In this document: piece after piece, positions 1-12,266 of the stretch
Numbering within the stretch: position 1 is the stretch's first letter
How the letters are laid out: each line of letters starts with the position of its first letter
Assembly (NCBI RefSeq): GCF_000181795.1
Contig: NW_003526941.1
Span: 2,199,376-2,263,375, forward strand
Source of the DNA: Trichinella spiralis
Taxonomy: Eukaryota
Length of the DNA stretch: 64,000 bases
Reading direction: 5' to 3'
Position numbers and translations under genes: made by a program
Notes under the pieces: model-generated
Told to the model about the DNA's origin: nothing
Databases searched by the model: none
Seen by the model: only the letters and a program-made list of their open reading frames with translations

Positions 1-3000
1 GGCACGCCTAATATTTTACTTAGCTTACTATGCTACTATAGTCGGTAATTGGAATAAGTACCTATCATTAGGCACATTACTTTTTTCATAAATTGTTAAT
101 ATATTTTATTTTCAACTTTTGAAATTTAATTATTCTGACAAAATACAACATTTAAAACTCATTTGCATAAGTGTCTTTTCATTATGACGAACTAATCTAA
201 AACGGAATCAGAGAGCATCATTCCTGGTATCATTGAGATGCTCAATGAATAATTAAGATCATGAACAGCGTAGAATTGAATGAAATGATTATTTATTTGA
301 AAATATCAACCGTTCCGAAGGTATACTATTGACTATCAGGTATTAATAAATATTGACAGTCATAGCTGTAGAAATTCCTTTCTAATGTTAAATTCTATGA
401 GATACGTCAGTGAGAAATTGATAATGGAAGACTTTATTCACATCTCAAACCGTATTTAAACAACTGTTTTCAATTTATTCGAAATGGACCAAAATTGAAG
501 GAAAATCGACTTGCCCAATGCAAAGAAATGTTGCACCAGTCTTGATAGTTTCAAGAAATACGTTACTAGAATGCCGCACACATTTGCGATACCAAAATTT
601 AGTCATCCTGGTTGCATTTCTATGTAGTTACAGATGGCTCGCTTTCCTGTGTATTAATGTAGGCATCTGCGAACTTTAGAGGCCATCTATTCACCATGTA
701 CGACTTTGTTTGCCGTTGAACATTCCGAAGCACTCTAATTTATCATAATTTAGCAATACATAACTAAAAAAGCGAAATTTGTGACAAATGCCTACTTTCG
801 AAAAACGCAAAAACAGAAGAAGCTGTTGTCTTGCTTTTTTAGAAAAGTCGAAATTTTTCAATTGTTGCGAAAATGATTTCAATCGATCAGGAAAAATATA
901 TTAATCAATACAAACGAGGTCGCACGTTCCATGGAAGCGTATTTGCCGATATATTGCAAAAAACGTCGAATAATTTTGCAATTTTTGTGGGAGTAATCAG
1001 ATACGAAATGAGATTTCCCTTCTGGTTAATGAGGAATGGTTATATACATTTTGTTAACCTTTCCAGAGAAATTTCTATTAATTTCCTCTAGCTAATGTTG
1101 CTCATTCTAATTGCATTTGTCCCTGCATTTTGTTTTTGTACTGCCCCAGTCGTTAAATTTAAAATTTTCATTTACGCAATTGCTTTTGTTACTTGCGATG
1201 CAGAAACAAAAATGATTGAACATTGTAAAATTGGATTGTAGTCTTCATGCAGTATTGCATTATTTCTTTTGTATAATTGACACTTTTGCAAATTAGCAAT
1301 TCTGTCGAATGTCTGATGAAATAATGATCAGTTTGTAAATGATAATTTGTCTACACAATTGTTGTACAGTACTGTTTCCAAATGTGATAAACAGAATTCA
1401 CTGATACATTGCACTTTCCTTGAGGAATGCGTTTAGTTGTTTTGGCCTTATGAGTCTTATAGTTGCAGCTTATTAAAGTGTCGTATTGCTTTTGGTGGAA
1501 TATTGTCATTTTCACTACGCTCTGATGTAATGGCATGAGTGCAATGGAAGATGAAAGGTAGCAAGATTTGTGTTTTTTTTGGCGGCTCTTGAAACGTCTA
1601 GCAATTTTTGGGTGACCATTCTCAGTGCATTCCTATAAGAAATAAAATCTGTTATGTAGAATAACGTGTTACGTTTCACGTTAATTGTTAATTTAAGTAC
1701 TTTGACAATTATGTTGAACGTTTATTCACATCAGTAACTGCTGCTCTAAAAGTTCATCACCAACAATAGCATTAACTAAAGGAGTAAAGAACATGAAAAT
1801 AAATTTCCATAGCCACATTATTGGTAACATTGAGGAAATAAAATTATGATAATAAAGTTAATGAGCATTTTATAACATGAATACTTTTTTAGCAGAGCGA
1901 AAGCTTCAAATGCATACATTAAGAGAATAAGATATTAATGAATATTGTCAGCAATCGCATTAGAGCAATTTGATTCAACTTCATAATTAACAAAACGTAT
2001 AATAACAAACTTCATAATTCGATGCAAAAATTATGACAGAACAATTATTTTGAAATGAGCAAATGCGTAATTTTACTGGTATTGCAATAAATTGCGAAGC
2101 AAAGTTCTCAAACACTTTCAGAATGTTCCATATTGATGAAATGCAGGCAACATGAGTAAATTCTGCATTCTAATGCTAAACTTCTAATTTAAAGCTTGAC
2201 GAAAGAACTCAACCGATGTCCTTCCTGTGTATTAAATGAGAAAGTAAACCAAATAGAGGGACCGTTTATTCCAAACAGAATGGATAATTCTCAACTGTTC
2301 CGGACAGTCCATGTTACCGATATAATCCACAAAAGCTGAATTTTTCAAAAAATGAGTTCCAAAAAGCAACTTAGATCAGTCAGCGACTTGAGTATTGGTG
2401 CATAATGATTATGTTGCGTCATACGTGAATTCCTATATCTGCAGCATCAATAGAAATAACAGAATTTATATACCTTCATACAGGATGCAGCATACATATT
2501 AAGCATACATGTTAATCATTGCATTCATACGAGTTAAACATAAACATCTGTGGGAAACAGAAAGATTAGTATAACATATCCTATAATGAAGAAAAACAGA
2601 AAGGAACGGGAAGCGTTATCGCATCTGTTCACAAAGTGATGGGGAGGAGGAAGAGGAGTGAAAAATACTTGCAGAACTCCTGAATGAAAAATACCTAATA
2701 TATCTTGACTGGCAATTCAATTGCCATGTGCTTCCTAATTCACATTGCAAGAAGTTGCCGGCAAAGGGGCACTAAGATCAGCACTGTCAGGAAAAAAACA
2801 GAGAGCAACAAAGAAAAAGAGCGTTCATTAAATGCTATCACTAGTTTAGACTTACCGCTCGACAGATAAAGTTTTTACCATTTGTGCAGAACTGTACAGA
2901 TCTGGAAAAGCAACGTGACTGTTGGTCATGATGACTGGCAGAATAATGCTGCACAAGGATCAAGGGTAAAATATTAGCTGACAGTCATTATCAAACAAAA

Positions 3001-5026
3001 TCTGTGAATACTTTGGGATAGTGAAAATTCCATGAAATCGACGAGTGTGGGGAAAAGAAAATGCGAAAACTGGTGTACATTATGTAAGGGCTTCCAAACA
3101 CAATGGAAACAATCTGATTGGATGAGTGCAGAAAACGCCTGATGCAAGATCCTCAAAAGTGTCTCAATAAAAGCAGATGCGACAAAAGTATTAGTGGGGC
3201 AGGAATGCCAGCAGATATAATTGTGCAATGGAAAAAGCTTTGAGTGGAAATAACCAGAAAATAGAAAATTGAGCCAGATTAGTAAGAAACCGATATAGCT
3301 ACTGAGGCTTTTGACCACTATACGTAGCAGTATTAGATATAAAAAAATTTAGAAGTGAGTCTATCATGCCTCGAAATTTGATTAGTGGTTGTATCACATG
3401 AAAAAGAGCTGTCTTAACGAAGAGAAAGACACAAAATGGGTTTGCTGCCTGACTTTATTGACTTGAAAAAACAAAATTTGGTGATGCGCTGTATCTTAAG
3501 GGGAAACAGTTGGACGCAAATAAAAACCTCTTGTATTTGATAGTCTTTTAGAACTGGCTGTAAAAGGACAATGAATATTATCGTTAACAATGCCTGTGAC
3601 TTGACTATCACAGCGACAGTCAGTGAAATGTAATAAGAGAAGACAGGTAACGGAAAGCGTGTTTTCTGTGAGCATTACCAGACGAATTCCCAGAAATTAG
3701 AAATCACAATATTTCTATACGCTATGTTCTTGAATCATCGCTTTCTCCATAAAAATTAATTTTCATATTACAAAAGAAAATCCAGTTGATTTCCTTGCTG
3801 ATTCATGTATATATATATATATAACAAAACGTATTTATCAGTGATTTGGTGTTCTCCACAAAGTTCATCAAGTATTCAAATTTTTGCGATTAGAAAGCTG
3901 TAATACATGGAAAAAAGTAAACCCATGCAAAACTGCGTGCATTTTCACACTAGTACTATTTATTGTCCAACGAGTGCGGCATATCGATTTTCAATTTAGA
4001 ACAGGCAAGAATTATCGTTTGTTTGCCTATTTCGAGCATATAAGAAGCAACGGTGTGAGCAAGGATTGTGTTTCGTGCAAGCTTGACAAAGCTGTTTTAT
4101 GTTCCGCACAGTAACTAGCTGATGCAAAAACACTTGCGTATGGTTGCTTGCGTTGGCGCAGTCAAGGATGCAGTTGTTGTTTACCATAAGGACTGTTCGA
4201 TTCGGAAAACACTCATTTACATAGACATACACAGATCAACAAACAAACAAACAAACACACGCATGAACGCGAAACTAAGTAGCAGGAAACGAGAAAATAA
4301 ATAAGGAGAAAGAACAAAGAAAAGAGCAGTGAAAAAAGGCGTAAAAGAAAACAACACCGCCGTCTATATAGTAACAATGAAACGAGGAAATGCCAGCCGC
4401 CTGAGCGTCACCAGTAGTTTTCCTCATTTTAGCTACAAGTGCCGCGCTGCCGTCGCCGCTGCTGCGTCGTCCTGCCGATTCACACAGGCTAGCCAGCCAG
4501 CCAGCCAGCCACTCAGCCAGCCAGCTAGCTAGCTAGCTTGCTACACTACTACTAGCTGGCACGCTTTTCTTTGATCGTCTGCTTTGCCCAGAAACCATGG
4601 AGAATCAATATAACAGTGACGTCGAATATTGGCAGTTGAACGCGTCTGCAGAGAGCCGAACGTCGTTCAGGTCCTTCACCCTTCGTCGCTAATTAAGGTT
4701 ACTCTTGTTCAATTGCTGGCTGCGCGCAATGGGTATCGATATTTCACGCATTTTGTCCATCTGACTTTACTTTTTCGCGTAAAAACGACAAGAAAGTGTT
4801 GTTCAAAGCGCGCGGTCCTGGCTTTGGCAACGCGCTGTTAAGTGGCGCAAGCAAGGGCGCCGAACAAAATCGCAGCCAACTAGAGAAAGCGGGCCCTTGT
4901 TTTGTCAGACGTGGCCGGCCGGCCTGGCGACCGCCTGCATTGCATCAGCCGTTGTGATACTCTCCTTTCAACTTGTCCATCTTGGAGACAAGCCTGTTGG
5001 CCGATGAAGCTGACATCGGACGCAAA

Positions 5027-8000
5027 ATGCCCGAGACGACTGTCAAATTCGACCTGACCGATCTGCGGCTTCAATCCCGGTTCACCACCATCAACAAGCT
5101 CGCGCATGATGCGTTGCTTCGACTCGGTAAGTTGAACTGTGTTTCTTTTACTAGTCGGAGCCTGCCGGTTAACGCAACTCGGTCCAGCTAACCACGACCA
5201 CAACTTTCAGTCCATTCGACAATAAGCTTAAATAATTGATCGAAGCAAATTGCTGCTTAGTGGCAAGAAGCGGCCTCTGCGCTCCTGGCCTTTCGCTGCC
5301 GCCGGCAGATGTCTCAGCAACTCAGTTGTTGGTCACCTACTGATGTATTTTTCCATTTCTTCTTTGGCAGTTTTTCATTTTCCTCTACATCACACGTGAT
5401 ATTATTGATGTCTGAATTGATGCTAACAGAATTATTATACTATTTGTATGAGCAGGAATATTGAAATATTTATCCCGTAGAGAGATTTGCAAAATCAGAT
5501 CACTGCAAAATGTTGTTGCGTCTCACTGCCAAATTTGCTGCATTTGCAAACAAACAAAGAGAAAGTGAAAATCTTTTTAAATCCCTTAATTTATCCGTCC
5601 GTGCATTTTCGACTGATTCGCTATTTGACACAGTGCATAATTCGCTCTTGTTTGGACAAAATTTGCATTTTTCTTTCATTTCACCATTCATTGAAATGGT
5701 TATTTCTAAGACAAATTCCTTCCCTTTTTGGATTTCAAAAGTGAAAAATAATTCGAGGAATACTTGTTGACAAGAACGAACAGACAGACAATGAGGAAGT
5801 GAATACAAAACAAGCACTATTGAAATGCCATTGAACTAAAGTTCCTGTAAAAAGGAAAAGCCGCCATGACTTTGCTTACTGAGCCTCCCGTCCATTTGAT
5901 GCTTTTTGTTTGACGACGACGCGAGGCCGTCTGTTGTGTAGTTGCTAGCAAGCGCAGCATGTCGTGCTAATCCAACGCCAGCTTGTCAGATCAAAGCTGT
6001 TTGCATATGCACATGCCGTGTTCTGACGTGTATCGAGCTTGTGTAAGGTTGTTTGCGCAAAATTTTTCCTTCCTCCTGTTAAGCCATTGACGGTTATTCA
6101 CAAAAGTCTCTGCAGTTTTGGAAAGCAATGCTACTACTATATACACGTTAGTTATCACCAGCAACCAACGTGTGGCTGTAGCGCAAATCAATTATTTCCC
6201 AGTCGACATGCTAAACAACATCAAGCTCTGCCTAAACGAAAACCATAGCCGCTTTGTTCATAATTCCCATTCATTGTGTGTGTATGTGTGTGTGTGTGTG
6301 TATGTGTGTGTGCGTGTGTGCGCGTGTGTGTCTGTTTGTTAATGTCTGTCTATTTGTCTGCTCAAATTGGCATCTTATGCGTTTGGTTATATGTTCCATA
6401 GTTTTATATGACGTACAGCACAGCACAGTAAAAGCAAATGTCGCTTTTTCTCTAATGGAAAATGAACAGAAAATCATTTGCGATTGTTTCTTTTTCTCTG
6501 GTTTATTTTTGTGTTCTTCATGCTGTGAAGTCAAAAAGATCGATTAGCTAGAAATGCGCCGTCGTGTTTCCATCAGCTATGGAACAACAGACTGCGCTAT
6601 TGTCATTGCTAGTGCTGATTGTTGTTTTGGCCGTTCACCAAACAGACGAAGCATGCATGTATTAAGCTTTTTTGATGATTTCTTGTCAAGAGGACTTTTT
6701 TCTTCAACAAATCAATAAGTGTCTCATTTGATAAGCATTGAGAAGCAAGAGACAAAGCACAAGCGCTGAAGCAAGCACCGCGAGTGATAATAGGCAAAAC
6801 AAAGAAAACAATAATAAAATAAATTTCCAAAAGCAAATAAATAAATAATAAAATAAATAAAATGTTTCGACTAATAATGACAACAGATATCACTGAAACT
6901 GATACATATATATATATAATTCTGTATCTGATGTAATCTTTCATCGAAACATGTTCAACGATGTGCTGCATTATTTTTAACTTTTCCATACCGATAACGA
7001 GCGATTGTTGTTTAAGATATTTTGGCGCGGTCGTTAAAAATAAAACTACTATGATTTCTAGTGATCATTCAATTTTGAAGTAATTCTCAACAAAAATACT
7101 ACTTTCGTGCTCATGTGACACATCGTTGATCAAATTTGCATGATCATTTGCCTGCTTTGAAAAAGACCCATCACACATTTCTTTATTCTTCCCAACAACT
7201 GCGCACCCAACAGAGTATCAATCTATTCAATTAAAAATAGCGGAAGTGACAAAGAATCAATTTCGCCGAGCAGCGCTTCTGTGCATTAGCTTGATAATTT
7301 GACACATGTCAGACGCATTTACACGTAATACATTCATTTCCAGTTATGACATAAGCACCTATGCATGGTGACTGTAAAAAGGCTTGTTTTTTTTAACATA
7401 GTTAGCTTACGCAGTCAGAAATCAACAACACACTGCTGCTGCTTCAAATCGTATCTCTTCTAAAAATAATCTCATTCTTCAACGGAAGGGTAGCGTTAAA
7501 TTTATACGAAGAAAACACTCGCCCCGTTGCAAATACATTTTACCATTAATGTATTAAATTCAAAATGAAACTACACTGGCTCTGTTGATTGATTGATTGA
7601 ATTACATATTACCTTGCAAAATGCAGAAGAAAATAAAAATATAACAAATTTCTTTCCTCGTCAAATTTACAATAACTTACGCCAAATTAAACTTTTGTTT
7701 GTTGTGCCCCATTTTCTCATACTTGATAAACTATTTGGCCCAAAAAGCCGTTGCTTTTGCCGCTGGAAATTTCCCATTAGATTCTCATCACTGCATTTAT
7801 CTCATCTCATTCCACTCTCGCAAATATTTCTTGATCATCATCCAAAGGATATGAGCAATAAGTCAAGTCAAGCAATAAAATTTACCAAAGTTAAACTGCT
7901 GAATTTCTCAAAATGTGCTTCCGCAATCATCACTGACAACATGAACTGAAACCAATTACACCAAGAAGAATTAAAGTCACATTTTTCTAATAAATTATTA

Positions 8001-11000
8001 AAATAAAAAAATTCGAAGCATTCGTTTGCATTTAACAGCTCTACAAAAGCAATACTATTTATGAGCAGTTTTTACACGTGCTTTGGCAGTGTGCATGCAG
8101 CAAAGGGAAGAAAATTATGGATAAAAAATTTCCGAAACGATACAACACGGGTCCTATGTTTAGTCATAAAACGTACACAAAAGTAGCATACAAAAGCAGC
8201 AAAAACTGTAGAACAACGTAAAACTAGCAGAGCAACATATAACATTTGCAGTGAACATGCTTGTATATTTTTGAAATGTGTTTTTCAGGTGATGAAGCTG
8301 AATCCGAAATGGACCCTTTACCAGTCGCTTTACTTCTTATTCACAAGTGGTACGTTACTTCTGTTGAATTAATCAGTGTCATTTCTGCGCAAATAACGCA
8401 AGACATTTCACTCTGGCCTCATACTTGCCGCTTAATAAAGTAATCGCCATTTTGTAATTTTGCTGTTTTGTAATAAAGTTTGTTTCAGACTATGGATGCG
8501 CCTCTTTCCAGAACATTTCAGGGCACCTGATCTGGACGAAGCCGTTGAACAGCTCAAACAACAGATGATCAAAATCGCCCCACCACGTGTGAAAGATCAT
8601 TTTTCAGACTTGGCCAAACTGTAAGCACATTCGTGATTTATTGTGACACGCTGCACAGTTTTTGCTTGCAGAACACCCCATCCTTGGTCACGGTATTCAT
8701 CGATAAAACAACCACTAACAGAACGCATTTCGCTTTCCTTTGATCAATGGACTCCAGAAAATTTGGCTGTCAACTTAACGCACATCGAATACAAACTTCT
8801 TCGAAGGATATCCGTAAGTTTGTTTTGAAATATTTTACGTGCAGAAAGCAATAAGACTGTTACTTCCGTTTCAGTTTGAGGAATACAAAGAGTATGCGAC
8901 GAATAGTCAACTAAATGCCGTACCAGCTTTACAGAAAAGTATTGCAAGTTTCAATGTGAGCTATTTCAGTGTTACAGTAAAAATATGCTTCATATCAATA
9001 AAATTATAACAACAATAATAGAGCATTTCACAATGGGTCCAATGTATGGTTCTGAGCAAACCACTACCTCGTGAACGCGCTGAAGTGGTGACCAAGTTTG
9101 TCAATGTCGCAAAGGTAGATAATTTTACTCATCAAAATTATCATACTATCGACGAGATTATTTATTTTTTAAGAAATGATTAACTGTTTCAGCATTTGAA
9201 AGAGTTGAAAAATTTCAACACACTCATGGCAGTCATAGGTGGCTTGACTCATTCTTCTTTGGCGCGTCTGTGCAGGACAATGGCATGCGTACCTCACGAA
9301 ACACGCCTTGTAAGAGAAAATCGATTAGCAAATTCGTCGATTGTTGTGTAATTGAAATTGAAAATTGTCTCCAGGAATTGTCTGGATTTTCGAATTTACT
9401 TTCCTCGGCAAGCAATTTTTCCGTTTACAGGAAAGTGCTCCACATGTCCCACGGTTTCAGAATACCGATTATGTAACACATGCAAATGCAATATATATAT
9501 ATATATATATTGATATTGATATGTAAATACACTCAATTTCATTATTCGAAATTTCTATTCAGAGGAGTGCACATGAAAGATCTCATTTCACTTCACACGG
9601 CTATCCCTGATTACTCACCTGAAAAAATGATCAACTGCCAGAAATTTTCACAGCTTGCCTGCATTTTTACAAACTTGATTTTGGATATACAACAGCCGCA
9701 TCTTCTTTCCAATGCCAACGAGAATTTAATTAACACATTACGAGTGCACTGCAATATCAATATTTCAGAAATTTGAATGCAGTATTATTCAATTTTACTT
9801 ATTTACTTTAGGTAGCGTTGAACATTCCATACAATGATGAGGAAATCTATTTTCTCTCTTTGAAACGCGAACCGAAAACGCTGCTTCAAGTAAGGGTAAG
9901 TTAGTCGACTAATACATATAGCATTTGCTGCAAATAATATTAAAAAATCGTAAATGAAAAATGTTATTTTTTATAGTCTTCTATTCAGCCTGCTCCTGTT
10001 CTAGCTGACTGGGCCGAAGGTGTTCAAAATCGTGTAGAGCCTTCTGTGATGCAAAAGCACGTGAATACTATGGTCGATGTAAGTTATTTATGGACGTAAA
10101 ATTCGGGAAGAAAAGAAAAGGACAACTGAATTAATCAAAATTAATATTTAAATGTGAACTTTCAACAGCTTTGCAATATTTATATAACAAACAAAACAAC
10201 ACACCATTCATTAATCACACTGTTTGCAAATGTTGCCCTTTGAAAATTGGCACAAAATTTTACATCTTACTTCAAAATTGAATTACCCATTTTCATCATT
10301 ACATCGTTGATAAGTACATATTAGCATACATATCAAAGGATCATTATCGTATATTGACGTGATTCACAAAGTGATTCAAAAATACACACTTTAAGCAGCA
10401 CGTCCATCCTCTGTACTATGGCAAAGATGAATCAAATGAACAAGCAATAACGTAGAAAGTCGATAATTTACACAATTATGTTGCTTATTTCATTTCGTTG
10501 TGGAAAAAATGCAAAAGTAATAATTACAATCACAATATCAATTTTGTAATGAACGTTTTCACGTTATAATGCAGTATTTCACCACCTAAATTGTGAAAAC
10601 TCTCATCCTACCACCGTTTTCATTTTCACAATATTAAATCAGCAGAATAATCAGTGTTATTGTAATAATGAACAACAAATCATAAGTTGGCTTGTTTGTT
10701 AATTGATTATTATCATTATTTAGGCTGTGTTTAAGCATTACGACCTTAATCAGGATGGCTATATATCGAAAAAGGAATTTGACCTTATTCGAAGTAATTT
10801 CCCATTGATCGACACTTTCAACGCGCTCGACGTGGACCAGTAAAGGAAAATTCTTACCTAACGTTTGTCGACAATCTTTCGATTCAAGTAAATATTTAGT
10901 GATGGACGGATCAGCAAGCAAGAAATGAAGCTGTATTTTTTGCGCTTTCGTCGCAACAACCGCATCGACTCCAGGCATCGCTTTCGTGAGGTGAACATCC

Positions 11001-11606
11001 TAACACCGACCTTTTGTTACCAGTGCAAAAAATTGGTAGGTTTTTGTCTTGTTGATTAGCCTGCAAATAGATAAATATGCAAACAAACCAGGTTTGGAAT
11101 ATATTGCGACAAGAATTGAAGTGCGAAGAGTGTGGCATCATCGTGCACCGCAACTGCAGGGAATATTTACTCTCCAGCTGCTTCAGACGAAGAAATACAG
11201 AACCTGCGAGTCGGCATCGAGCTTTCACTGAACCGCCAGGGTCGACCAACAGCGCACCAACTCAGAACAGTGTAGACGACGCTACCGTCAGTCGGGGTAA
11301 TTTGTTCAGTTTGAAACGCAGCAAAAGACGTACACAAGCAACTGCAACCAGCAGCACGCATCCAAACCTAACTGTAGATACAACGGCAGATTCAAAAGTG
11401 CGGTCATTTTCAGAAGGCGGTCCAAACTATATGTTAGAAAAATAATTTTTCATATTATATATACAGTGTGAGTGTAGGATGGTAAAAATTATTTTTACTT
11501 TAGTAATATGGATTCCATGTGCGAGTCCATCGCCACTTTGGCATCAGAAGAAGTGTTCGAAACAGATGAAGCTTGTGAATATGATAAGAATGTAAAAAAC
11601 AGCTGA
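5027..11606 (+). CDS. rgef-1: Ras guanyl-releasing protein (RasGRP family; REM - CDC25 RasGEF - 2x EF-hand - C1), multi-exon
   Basis: Exons were joined by hand with phase-compatible GT-AG sites: 5027-5126 (MPETTVKF...), 8289-8439 ([19 protein letters not shown]) and 8489- ([10 protein letters not shown]). RasGEF motifs include [27 protein letters not shown] and [24 protein letters not shown]-hands are [18 protein letters not shown] and [13 protein letters not shown]. The C1 domain spans 10976-11181. The last exon ends ...[20 protein letters not shown]. The start codon is uncertain and an upstream exon near 4597 is possible. Confidence 0.9.
6275..6330. repeat. Imperfect (TG)n microsatellite
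   Basis: TG run with TA/CG interruptions in RasGRP intron 1. Confidence 0.9.
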
Positions 11607-11810
11607 AAAAGAAACAAAATAGCAGCAACAAGAAGAGTGAAGAAAAACAGATTGCGCCGCTTCGCGCATATACACTGCGTATACAGCAGCAACTGCTATT
11701 CGTCGTGCTGAAGACTTGGCTTTGGATGAAAAGAAAGCTTTATTTTTTTAGCATTTTAGAAATCAAGAAGCAAAACTACAATCGATGAGATAAGCGAAAT
11801 CATGCTACGA

Positions 11811-11813
<3 letters not shown>

Positions 11814-11858
<45 letters not shown>
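11814..11858. repeat. (AT)n followed by (GATATA)n microsatellite
   Basis: Visible repeat downstream of the RasGRP stop codon. Confidence 0.9.
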
Positions 11859-11860
<2 letters not shown>

Positions 11861-12266
11861 ATGCGTGCCTTCACCTCGTATCGAAAGGGAGGGACACCAT
11901 CACTACTTGTTGTTAATCACCGCACTTCGTTACGATTCTTCATCGGTGCTATTGTTCAAAGCGCTAAGAGAACGGCATTTGGACAAATCCCTCGGCGATG
12001 CCTGAATGCAACTACAATCATTTCCACGAATTGTCACGCTATGATCATAAAAAGTGATGCTACTATGTTCCATGGTTATTGTTAAAGCTTGTTAATGAAA
12101 TAAATTCAAATGTATTTCATCTTTACAATTTTTTCAATTTCATTACAGTTTATAAATTAAATGCATCAACAAAATAAATTTGAAAATAATTAATTAAAGA
12201 AATATTCTCTTCAATTTTTAAATGCTGTTCGTAAATGATAAATAAAAAAAATTCGTAAATTTTATC

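Noticed and set aside
645..2235. 14-nt match TTCCTGTGTATTAA at ~645 and ~2222
   Set aside because: A single short AT-rich match with no flanking similarity; compatible with chance.
1..4500. Short ORFs and an isolated exon-like segment on the - strand (~2857-2901, cag/...cg/gtaagt)
   Set aside because: No recognisable domain, and no consistent multi-exon frame could be built.
4488..4540. (AGCC)n/(AGCT)n array upstream of RasGRP
   Set aside because: A simple tetranucleotide repeat with no spacer structure, so not CRISPR-like.
4597..4692. Upstream ATG ORF (MENQYNSDVEYWQL...) as a RasGRP first exon or uORF
   Set aside because: It stops after 31 codons and has no convincing donor/acceptor pairing. 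Left unresolved.
6609..6989. 126-aa hydrophobic ORF antisense within RasGRP intron 1
   Set aside because: The hydrophobicity comes from T-rich low-complexity sequence.
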